Program-made: the position numbers and the translations under genes
Notes under the pieces: generated by a model
What the model was told of the DNA's origin: nothing
The model's database searches: none
Seen by the model: the letters and a program-made list of their open reading frames with translations, nothing else
Origin: Octopus sinensis
Taxonomy: Eukaryota
DNA: 64,000 nt
Direction of reading: 5' to 3'
Assembly: GCF_006345805.1 (NCBI RefSeq)
Contig: NC_043011.1
Coordinates: 27,292,464 to 27,356,463 of the forward strand
In this document: in pieces, positions 53,950 to 64,000 of the stretch
Layout of the letters: every line of letters begins with the position of its first letter
How positions within the stretch are numbered: the stretch's first letter is position 1

Positions 53950-55130
53950 TGGTTGATAGAGCAAATCCATAATCAAACACATTCTAGCCATAATCACCCT
54001 ACCTATGTGCGGTGAACCTAGCAGAATGTTATCCAACGTTTCCGTGATACAATAAAAATAAGTGAATATTTTGTAACCTAATGAAACAACACTACGTCAT
54101 ATTTACTGACATGTGTGCTTCGTCAATAACGAACAAGAAAGTGTTGAAAAGATGCTATTAAACTTATACAAAATTGCAGAGAAATTCTTCAACGGTAAAG
54201 TAATTCCTTTTACCAACACTATTGAATGTATTACTGACAGGGTGCCTTCATCGATTGGTCGTCATCTTAGATTTATAATCCACTTAAAAAGTGAACATTT
54301 GCAAATACGGTTATCATCCACCACGTTGTTCGTAGGCAACGGTTAACTGGAAAGAGTCATAAACGAGTCAGTAACTCAATGAAATTTTACAACTTGTAAT
54401 CAAAATAGTGAATAGAATGAAAGTTCATCCTATAACTACACGTGTATTTCATTCTCTTTACTATGAAACCGAAAACTTTTGGCAGTTTTTAATGCATACT
54501 GAGGTTAGGCGGATTTCAAAAGTAAAGTGTCGGAGAAGCTTTTATAATCATTACGATTGAGCTCTTGAATAAATGTTGTAAAATTTGATGTGAAAAGTAG
54601 ATATTGCTTACTTTACCAATATTTTTAACAAATTAAGTAAAATCACTCTTTAAGTGCAAGGAAACAAGATGGCCCTTATGAAAGCAAACAAAATAAAAGC
54701 ATTATTTATAAACAAAATATTAATTTAGTAAAATATCATAGCTAGTCAGAATATTTATCGTTTCCCTGGTCCAAAGATATTTGTAGAAATATATACTGAT
54801 AATTAATATTTTACAGAAACTGGTATAGAATATCATCTTCGGCTTCTAGTATTGAAGAACGATATGACAACTAGATTTAAGGATCTTGCAGAGTTTAACA
54901 TACACGAATTGACGGCAAATATATTCCAATTCGATGTAAAAACCATTGCTAAAGATATCTCTAAATAACGCAAAGAATTGCAAAATGAATACTAGATGCT
55001 CTTTGGAAACTTTGGCTATAAATAATTATGATTTATTTCAGATTGAAGTTGCTGTTCTTAGCGTTTTATTCCTCATATCCGGTTGAGAAAGCGTTTTATT
55101 CTTCACATTCGGTTGAGAAAGCATTCGGCA
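53950..55130 (+). pseudogene. Highly decayed hAT (Charlie/Buster-like) transposase
   Basis: NETT..VCFV; IECITDRVPSSIGRHLRFIIHLK (TDGAP.M.G motif); LNEILQLVIKIVNRMK..TRVF..HTEVRRISK (HTEVRWLS motif); SYPVEKAF. Confidence 0.7.
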
Positions 55131-55659
55131 AATGATATAACAGCTATTAGCTAATCAGTGGTGTAGATTATGCATATGCGAAAGGAGAAATCTGAGGATC
55201 TATTTGTTAGATATAGAACTGGATAATTTTAGATAAGCAAAATTTCGCGACGCATAAGGCAGCCATTATTGTTTTTCAATTTACTTTTGAAATAATGATT
55301 TGCTGAATATCTTGAACTATTTTCATATTCTATATATATTTTAAAGTTAATCAAATACAGATATATGTGCATTTAGTTCATTAATGCTAGTAATATAGCT
55401 AATGGCATTTCATTTGAAGTTTAAATTAAAAATGATAATCTATGATATATATGCTATACATACGTGCACTGTTAAGGTGAATCTAAACATAATTGTATTG
55501 GGTTGGCAACTAAGTTCCCGCCGCTTTTTTAAATTTTGGAATTTATTGCGTTTTGGATTTTGGAATCTATTTTTTTCGAGAATTTTATTTTTGAATCATT
55601 TTAGAATATTGTTTTCTAGTTAATTTTAGCTAATTTTTGTTTATTTTCAGATCATTAAA

Positions 55660-56709
55660 ATGGAATGTCAAGTTAAGAAAAATGAACATTTTCGACACCT
55701 CCTTCTTTTTGCTTTTAATCAAAGTTCTAAGGCCGCAAAAGCTGCTCGCGACATTTATGATGTGTATGTAGAGGGTGCCATAGCTGAAAGAACCGCTCGT
55801 GATTGGTATGGCAAGTTCAAAAATGGAAATTTTGACCTCAAAGACGCACCTCGTTCTGATCGTCCAGTTGAGTTCGATGAAGACCGATTAATAACCAACT
55901 TGTGCATGAAAATTCTCGTCAAACAACAAGAGAACTGGCAGAGAAAATGGAATGCTCCCACACTGCTATAGAGAAGCATCTTCACTCGATGGGAAAGGTT
56001 CAGAAGTATGGCGCGTGAGTTCCGCATGCTTTAAGTGACAACAACAAAAATCTACGAGCCACAATCTCCGCTGGTTTGCTTGTTCGTCACCACTCAACTC
56101 ATGGATAGAAGCAACGATTTTTTTTACCGAATCGTTACTGGCTACGAAAAATGGTGCCTGTACATCAATATGTAGCAGCTTAAGGAATGGCTTAGCCCCA
56201 GTAAACTAGTGACATCGCGCGTGAAACAAGATCTTGATCCGTGTAAAATGATGTTGTGCGTATGTTGGGACCGGGAAGGGATAATCCATTACGAATTGCT
56301 TGAACGGAACCAAGCAGTCAACGCGGAACTCTATGTTCAAAGGATGGAACGACTCAACACGGCTATTCAAGAGAAAAGGCCTAATCGTCTGTAGGGAGTT
56401 CTTCTGCTGCACGACAACGTCCGCCCTCATGTCGCCAATATGACCAAGGAAGCCATTCAAACTCATGGCTGGGAAGTGCAGCCTCACCCGCCGTAATCTC
56501 CTGATTTAGCACCAACGGATTTCCACCTCTTTCCATCTCTTTCAAATGCTATGCGCGGAGTTTCGTTCAATTCTGATGCAGAATTGAGAGCTTGGTTGGA
56601 TCAATTTTTCGAGTCGAAATCGAATGAATTCTACCAACGAGGTATTGAAAATCTTATTGAACGTTGGGAAGAAGTTGTAAACAACAAGTGTGAATACATT
56701 ATTGATTAA
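55660..56709 (+). pseudogene. Mariner DD34D transposase, near complete but with stops and a frameshift
   Basis: EHFRHLLLF, VPHAL, IVTGYEKW, LLHDNVRPH, HPP*SPDLAPTDFHLF, FYQRGIENL.ERW. Confidence 0.93.
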
Positions 56710-56734
56710 TTAGTTGTTATTCTTTTATTAAACC

Positions 56735-57228
56735 TGTAAAGGGAACTGGTTGCTTCTTTACACTTTTGGGGTGCAACTTGGGTGCAACACAATTTCTTTT
56801 CTTTTTGTTTCTAGAAACTACCAGTCAGGAACGAAAAGCAAGTTAAAAAATATATATAATTCTTTATTTTCTGGTTTCAACAATGAAACACGATGGTATG
56901 CTGGTATCCACCTAGTTCAACGCAGCAAGGCTGAATTCAAACGTTTGTAAGCTTTACAACAATTCAGCAGCAGAAGAACAGGTTAAATCCTAAGCGTCTG
57001 GGACAGGAGAATATGCTGATCACACGTATGAAAATACGCCCTTTCTCTTCGATCGCCGTGCCTCAAGTCCCCGAACGCTATTAAGGAACGCTATAGAATT
57101 TATTCTTCAGTCTCTAGCGCATGTGCATGGGGAAACTTCCTTATGCCTTTCCAGAAGGTTCCAACCCCGCACACGCACACTGAAGAATGACGTTGCGTGT
57201 GCGCACACTGGAATATGACGTCACTACA
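56735..57228 (-). mobile_element. Solo LTR (494 bp) with 4-bp TSD AACC
   Basis: TGTA...TACA termini; AACC at 56731-56734 and 57229-57232; AATAAA on the minus strand near 56865; no ORF. Confidence 0.7.
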
Positions 57229-58010
57229 AACCTTTTAAAAAATTTAAATTAAAAAAAAAACGGTGGGAACTTAGTTTCCAACGTAATATTATAAATGCCC
57301 TCGCCTTCTTTTGTAATTTTCATAAAATTTTAAATGTGCCATTCGTCCATGCAAATATCTAGCAGAATAACATCAACTGCTTGTGCTTGATTAAAATAAT
57401 TCGCTGTTTTTGTGTGTGTGTTGGAGAGAGGCGTTTGTAAGGAAGTATTTGAGTACAAGAAATTGAGACGATGATATCATATTCTGACCGAATAGTTTTC
57501 TTTGCATAGCAGCAAACGTGCTGTTAAACCTTTTAGTAGCCGTTTATAAGTAAACAGGATCAGATTCCACCAATCAACATTAGACTCGCTATGCATTATC
57601 GAAGAATATCCTGATTCATTTTTGGAAAAAAGTGTACTGTTGATGGTACGTATATTATTTCCACGGCTACTCTGTGAAGCAATGAAATGAGTTATCGACA
57701 TATTTCTAATAAATATAAAGTATAAAAAATGTATTCATAGCTATAATCCGTTTCTTAATACATACACACGCATCGTGTGATATATGTGCAGATTAGAAAT
57801 ATACACATATACATGTCTATGTATGTTTGTATGTATGTATGTATGTATGTATGTATGTATGTATGTATGTATGCATGCATGCATGCATGCAGGTATGTAT
57901 CTATCTATATGTCTGTCTGTTTATATTTGTGCATGTGTGTCTGCATACATGTATATACACATACGTAAACACACACATACTTACATACATACATACATAC
58001 ATACATGCAT

Positions 58011-58833
58011 ATTGCCGCACTTGCCCTTACCTCTCCAACACCACCCGCCTCACTAGCACCCACCATCGACCCTATCCCATCATCCACTCCTTCACCTGCA
58101 CCTCCAGCAATATTATTTATTGCATCTCTTGCTCTCTCTGCAATTCCTTGTACATCGGACAAACGGGACGCCGCTTGGCTGACCGGTTCGCGGAACACCT
58201 TCGTGACATCCACCTTGCGAACGACACACCGGTCTCACGCCATTTCCGCTCCACCGGTCACTCCTTGCAACACCTATCTGTGTTCGGTTTGTCCTTACAC
58301 AGAGGCCATCCGGATTCCGTTTGCGCCGTGAACAGGAATTAATCTTCTCTCTTCGCTCTTATACGCCATTTGGTCTCAACTCTCTCCCCCCTCCTCATCT
58401 AACCCCCCTCTCCCCCCCTCCCCTCCTCACCTATCCTTTCTCCCCCCGACCCCTACTTCTTCAGTCCTTCATCCTTTCACCCCTACTCCCCTTCCCTTCT
58501 TCCCTCTTTCTCCCTCCCTCTTCCCCTTCCCTCTGCTCCCCCACTCCCTCTCTCCCCTCTCCCTCTTTCCTCCTTCATCCCCTCCTCCCTTCCTTCTCCC
58601 CCTCCTCTCTCTTCCCCTTCTCCTCCCCCTCGCCTTCTCTCCCCCCTCTTCTCCCCCTCCCCCTCTTCTCCTCACTACACCACATGACTTTACACATCAC
58701 ATCACATATGATGTGCCATACTAATACACACACCAACTAATACATACTAATACGTACTAATACATACCAGTACATACTAATACTTACACCACCCTATACA
58801 TACACACGTCCAGACCCCGCATACGCACTTATA

Positions 58834-58864
<31 letters not shown>

Positions 58865-59370
58865 CTATACATACCAATACGTACTAATACATACTAATAC
58901 ATACTAATACATACCAACCCCATACATACGCACGTCCAGACCAATCTTACGCACTAATACTCTCTCATACACACACACACACACACACACACACCCTTAT
59001 ACATACTAATACATACACCAACCCTATACATACACACATCCAGACCCCTCCCACGCACTTTTAGCTGGTCCCTCAACCCATTTATCAACCCTATTATCTC
59101 CCCTTATTTCGCTCTCGCGTCTCATGTTTGATCTTTGACCTCTGGCCGAAATCAGATCGCCATGTTGATTCGTTAGCTACTGCACGCATTTTTTTTCTCT
59201 CCTTCTTTCTGTGTTTTTCTCTCTGTGTATCTTTCTGTTGAAGAGCGTAGGCTCGAAACGTTAAGACTTGTTTTATTTATATTCCTGAGCGCCATACTAA
59301 TACATTGTTCGTTTGTTTTCCACCTGCCTTCGTCTTTTGTTTATTTTCATAAAGCTTCCCGTTATATATA
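58011..59370 (+). mobile_element. 5'-truncated Penelope-like element: GIY-YIG endonuclease C-terminus (58011-58385), repetitive spacer, terminal repeat with HHR-like motif
   Basis: CRTCPY..FTCTSSNIIYCISCSLCNSLYIGQTGRRLADRFAEHLRDI..PVSRHF..GH, then after a frameshift REQELIFSLRSYTPFGLN. Confidence 0.88.
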
Positions 59371-59379
59371 TATATATGC

Positions 59380-59770
59380 GTGTTTGTGTAGTAAGAAGCT
59401 TGATTCCCAACCACATGATTCCGGGTTCAGTCCCACTGCGTGGCACCTTCGCCAATTGTCTTCTACTATAGCCTCTGGCCGATTAAAGCCTTGTGAGTGG
59501 ATTTGGTAGATGGAAACTGAGAGAAGCCCATCGTATATATATATATATATATATGTATATGTATATGTGTGTGTGTGTGTTTTTGTCCCACCCCACCATC
59601 ATTTGACAACCTATGCTGGTGTGTTTATGACTTCGTAACTTAGCGGTTCGGCAAAAGAGACCGATAGAATAAGTACTTACAATGTATAAGTCCTGAGGTC
59701 GATTTGTTCGACCAAATGTGGTGCTCCAGTATGGCCGCGGTAAAATGGCTGACTAAAGTAAAAGAATATA
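59380..59770 (+). mobile_element. SINE family A, near full length
   Basis: Head, internal (TA)/(TG) tract, tail gtggtgctccagtatggccgcgg. Confidence 0.85.
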
Positions 59771-59914
59771 TATGTGTATGAGTGGCTGTGTGTTTTTGTG
59801 CGTGTGTGTGACTGTGTATTTATATAAATATATGTATGATATGTATAATTTATGCGTCTTTAAGATGTTTTTGATATATATTATGCATACATATATACAT
59901 ACACAAACAGGCAC

Positions 59915-60190
59915 CCGCTCACAGATATTCTTTCCTTCGTTTAAACTTTTGCTGGTTTCGGTACTGTTTTTGGTGAAGAAGCGGATTGGACGAACCTGCT
60001 CTTGTTTGTTCCTGCTGCCGTAATGTGGTCTCACCTGGGGTTTCAGATAGAAATGTGACCAGGTGCTTTTTGAACGTTTCCACATCTACGCCTTGCAGAC
60101 CTCTAAGGTTCCTTTGCAGGATGTTAAACAGTTGTGATCTTCTGAAACCCAAGCTGTTAACATACTGGTTCCTGATCTGAGATGAGCAAG
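59915..60190 (-). mobile_element. CR1-group LINE C-terminal fragment
   Basis: GFRRSQLFNIL..LRGLQGVDVETFKKHL..FL..RAGSSNPL, same family as 40525-41110. Confidence 0.75.
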
Positions 60191-60452
60191 GCTTATATTG
60201 TCATATATATGTAAGTGAAAAATATTTAAATATATGAGATAAATATATTACGTGTATCCTATTATAAATATTATCTTCCTGTCTAAGTATATGATGAACA
60301 ACCTATATGTGCATGTGCTTGCATACATAAACACACACGCATATATATACACATGTATATACATACATATACGTGCATACACACATATATATATATGCAC
60401 ATATATAAATATATATATATGCATACACACACACACACAAACACACACACAC

Positions 60453-60494
<42 letters not shown>

Positions 60495-60495
60495 A

Positions 60496-60971
60496 TTAGA
60501 GATAAAACCACTATTAGGCAAATCAAACAGTGAAAAACATAAGCCAATACATACAATTAATTTAAAACTATAAAAGTCAAAAATAAAAAATTATTTAAAT
60601 AATTTAAACTTATAAATTTTATATATATATATAAATATATATATATATGTATGTATGTATATTTTTATATTTATATATTATTTTATTAATTAATTAATTA
60701 ATTAATTAATTTATTTATTTATCTTTTATTAAACGTTTAATACTTTTGATATATTAAAAAGAAAATTAATTAATTAATTAATAAATAAAATAATATATAA
60801 ATATAAAAATATACATACATGCATATATATATATTTGTATATATATAAAATTTATAAGTTTCAATTATTTAAATAATTTTTCATTTTTAACTTTTATATT
60901 TTAAAAGTAATTTTATGTATTTGCTTATGTTCTTCACTGTTTGATTTGCCTAATAGTGGTTTTATCTCTAA
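60496..60971. repeat. AT-rich long inverted repeat between (TA)n tracts
   Basis: ttagagataaaaccactattaggcaaatcaaacagtgaa / ttcactgtttgatttgcctaatagtggttttatctctaa, with arms of about 220 bp. Confidence 0.85.
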
Positions 60972-61097
60972 TATAATATAATATAATATAATATAATATA
61001 TTTATACTATAAAATTGGATTTAATCCTAAATCTAATTTTTCCCTGTAAGTTTGGATTTATTCTCTAATATCATTATTATTAATCTATATATATATA

Positions 61098-61992
61098 CAG
61101 GGTGCGATGGGTAAATTGTTAATATTTATATTCTTTAAATTAAATTTCCAATTTCGCGCTAGCGCGTTGTTTGTTTTTGGTTCTGTCAACTACACAGTTT
61201 AATAGGGTCAGTTGGGCACCGTCTATTAGAAAAACAGCACCATGATGCAATTCACTTTGCCAGAAATTTGGAAGCGAAATGCTGTACTGCTTGGCATTCA
61301 CACCACAAGCACCAATACAAACATTTCAGAGTGTTTGGGTGTCAATCTGAGGACAGTACAATCTGAGGACATGTACTGAGAGTGATAACAATTCAAACAT
61401 CCAGTCAACATCATGGCGTTCGGAGTACTTACTAGTGATGGCGACGTTATGCCTCCATTCATCTTCCCATACGGTCTCAAACTGAATACGGAGGCCTATA
61501 TCAAGTGACTGGAGACGATACTGCTGCCCTGGTTCAAGAGGGTGGCTACTGGAAGACTATGTCTGGCAACAGGACTCTGCACCATGCCACACAAGCAGTA
61601 AAACCCAGTCAAGACTGTCAGACAATTTCTGTGACCACATCACCCTGAACATTTGGCCAACAGACTGCAAACTCTTGATTATTTTTGTGTGGGGCGCAGT
61701 TGAGTGAGTGACAAGTAGAACTCCTTGTAATATCAAAGATGAACTGAAGGCAAAGATTATGGCAGCATTCCCCAATTTAAACAAGGAGACCATCCAGAAG
61801 AGTTGCAGAAGATTCCGATGTCATCTGGCGGCCGCGGTTGTAGCGTATAGCGATTTTATACAATAAATTTATTATTTCGTATTTCAAGATTTTTAATGTA
61901 ATTTTAGTAAATATAGCTGCTAAAATAAGATGTCAGTGTTATTTTTATGTTTGCGTGATTTAGGCGACAGTTTATTCACCGCCCGCACTCTG
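61098..61992 (+). mobile_element. Internally deleted Tc1/mariner-superfamily element, maT/DD37D-like
   Basis: TA|CAGGGTGCG ... CGCACTCTG|TA. KHPVNIMAFGVLTSDGDVMPPFIF..GLKLNTEAYI, WQQDSAPCHTS, DYFVWG; the N-terminal half is mostly deleted. Confidence 0.82.
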
Positions 61993-62239
61993 TATACATA
62001 CATACATACTCCAATAACATTTTGTCCAGCGCGCAAACAATTCTGCCACCTCGCTGCCTTCTTGGATTTAACTATTAGGTTGTCCCAAAAGTTCGTAAAC
62101 ACTTGCGAAAATTGAATTCTTACTCGCCAAATACTAACAAAAACAACAAAAATTATTCCTCAAAATAAAGACCATTATTTTCCAAGACTTTCTACGAACT
62201 TTTGGGACAACCTTATATAATCATTTCCACTTCGGGAAC

Positions 62240-62420
62240 AAGGCTTAAAATGTTGGAAGGAGAGTCCTAGTCGATTACATCGACCTCAGTACGTAATTAC
62301 TACTTACTTCATAAACAACGCACGAAAAGGTCATTTCGGCGGAATTTGACATCAAAATGTAAAACAGATGCCGCGAAGCATTTTGTCCGGCGTGCTAACT
62401 ATTCTGCCAACTCACCACCT
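62240..62420 (-). mobile_element. SINE B copy (degenerate)
   Basis: agtcgattacatcgacc..cggcggaatttg..ccggcgtgctaac. Confidence 0.7.
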
Positions 62421-62444
62421 CCTTGCTGGTATATATGATATAAA

Positions 62445-62770
62445 GGCGCGTGGCTTAGTGGTTAGAGCATTCAGCTCATGATCGTATGGTCGTGAGTTCA
62501 ATTCCCTGCGACGCGTTGTGTCGTTGAGCAAGACACTTTATTTCACGTTGCTCCAGTCCACTCAGCTGGCAAAAGTGAGTCGTACCTGTATCTTAAAGGG
62601 CCAGCCATGTTACACTGTGTGTCAGGCTGAATCTCCCTGAGAACTATGTTAAGTGTACACGCGTCTGTGGAAGGCTCAGCCATTTGCACGTTAATTTCAT
62701 TTCACGAGCAAGCTGTTCCGTTCATCCTATCAGCTTGGGCCCTCGTCGTCGTAACCAACGGAACGCTCCT
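62445..62770 (+). mobile_element. SINE with family-C head and a different 3' region
   Basis: ggcgcgtggcttagtggttagagc..gagttcaattcc..ttgagcaagacactttatttcacgttgctccagtccactcagctggcaaaa. Confidence 0.8.
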
Positions 62771-62793
62771 ATGCATATATATATATATATATA

Positions 62794-63001
62794 TTATTAT
62801 ATAGAAGGAGCTTCTACAGGACTAGAACTGTTTCATTCAAGAGAAATCTTCAGGAAGCACAGCTTCCTGAGCTCCTGAAGATTTCTCTTGAATGAAACAG
62901 TTCTAGTCCTGTAGAAGCTCCTTCTATATAATAAATTAATTTTACTCTGCTATGTATTGAGTACCTTATTTACTGTGGTTAACCCCGAATCAACCCGGAC
63001 C

Positions 63002-63002
<1 letters not shown>
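62794..63002. mobile_element. Fold-back element: perfect 62-bp arms (62794-62855, 62873-62934), one-sided extension, HHR-like core
   Basis: CUGAAGA..GAAAC..GUC in each arm; (TA)n on both flanks. Confidence 0.75.
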
Positions 63003-63063
<61 letters not shown>

Positions 63064-63065
<2 letters not shown>

Positions 63066-63562
63066 CAGAAAGTAAATAGACACCTTTAATTTTCAAAATC
63101 TCTTATTTAATACGCGAAGCGAACAATTGAAATGTAATTGATAGGTAGGACTATATACTTTAATATTTAGTTGACATTCCCTTTGCAGTTTGTAATTAAG
63201 AAATTCTTTTTGACATTGAACTGATGACCTTTGTGACTGTCTCTTGTGGAATTTCTGCTCAGTTTTCACGCAACAATCGAAAAAATTCATCTTTATTTTT
63301 AGATTTCTGTCAAGTTTTTCGTATAGCTCTATCTAGTATGCTCCAAAGCTTTTCAGTTGGGTTCATGTCAGGAGATTGGCTCGGCCAAGGAAGCTTTTTG
63401 ATCCCATTGTTGATTCCTTTTCGCTGTGTGGAATGGAGCCTCATCTTCCATGAATAAAAACTCATTTTTCGTTATGCTATCGTGTAAATACATCGGAAGT
63501 AGTCCTTGCTTAAGTATTTTGATGTATTTTTCTGCCCAGAACAACCATTACTGGTGACAGCC
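63064..63562 (-). mobile_element. Tc1-like (DD34E) transposase C-terminal remnant
   Basis: WGAVT, LPWPSQSPDMNPTEKLWSIL, IPQETVTKVISSM.KR....AKG..TKY. Confidence 0.85.
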
Positions 63563-63581
63563 CCCCATTACCATTATAGAG

Positions 63582-63642
<61 letters not shown>

Positions 63643-63659
63643 TAATAATAATAATAATA

Positions 63660-63899
63660 GTAGGTGCATTAGGCATGATAAAAAATATTCAGACAAATAC
63701 ATAACAAAAACACCAGGACTTACAAACACATATAACATACAGAAAATTGCACTACTAGGCACTGCACACATCCTACGCAGAACACTTTCCATACAATAAC
63801 CATCAAAGCATCACAACAAATCACAGCACATACCCAAGGCACACGGAGCTGCGCTCGGTAGTGAAGTGAAAGCACGATATAAAAATAAAACTACTGAAT
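63660..63899 (+). mobile_element. 5'-truncated R4/Dong-like non-LTR retrotransposon end within (AAT)n
   Basis: GALGMIKK..IQKIALLGTAHILRRTLS* followed by a 3' UTR; (AAT)n on both sides. Confidence 0.7.
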
Positions 63900-63918
63900 A
63901 ATGATAATAATAATAATA

Positions 63919-63980
<62 letters not shown>

Positions 63981-64000
63981 TAATAACAACAACAACAACA

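Larger units (their letters stand above)
55498..57286 (+). mobile_element. Full-length mariner element (mellifera-like TIRs) with both TIRs and TA TSD, interrupted by a solo LTR
   Basis: TA|TTGGGTTGGCAACTAAGTTCCCGCCG at the left; CGGTGGGAACTTAGTTTCCAACGTAA|TA at the right. Confidence 0.9.

Noticed and set aside
53716-54036. 106-aa minus-strand ORF
   Set aside because: Partly antisense to the decayed hAT transposase; no recognisable protein.

Overview
AT-rich, microsatellite-dense animal DNA, most likely octopus/coleoid cephalopod (inferred from the repeat landscape; no database search was possible). There is no intact, recognisable host protein-coding gene, and almost all long ORFs in the track are microsatellite artefacts or transposon remnants. 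The window is a mosaic of three SINE families (here called A, B, C), LINE fragments (Tx1/L1-like, RTE, CR1-group, R4/Dong-like), Penelope-like elements (PLEs: one RT remnant, one GIY-YIG remnant), a truncated Ty3/Gypsy element, a solo LTR, Tc1/mariner/maT, hAT and Chapaev-like remnants, and Helitron-type non-autonomous elements. The most striking signal is a set of short fold-back (palindromic) elements, mostly embedded in (TA)n tracts. Several carry minimal type-I hammerhead ribozyme (HHR) motifs, including a canonical-looking one at 40202-40292 mirrored at 39607-39696. One 274-bp HHR palindrome is demonstrably an insertion with a 13-bp target-site duplication. A tentative two-exon small ORF (28685-27529, minus strand) could encode a secreted, amidated Cys-rich peptide. 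Family assignments come from remembered motifs. Many repeat boundaries are approximate.
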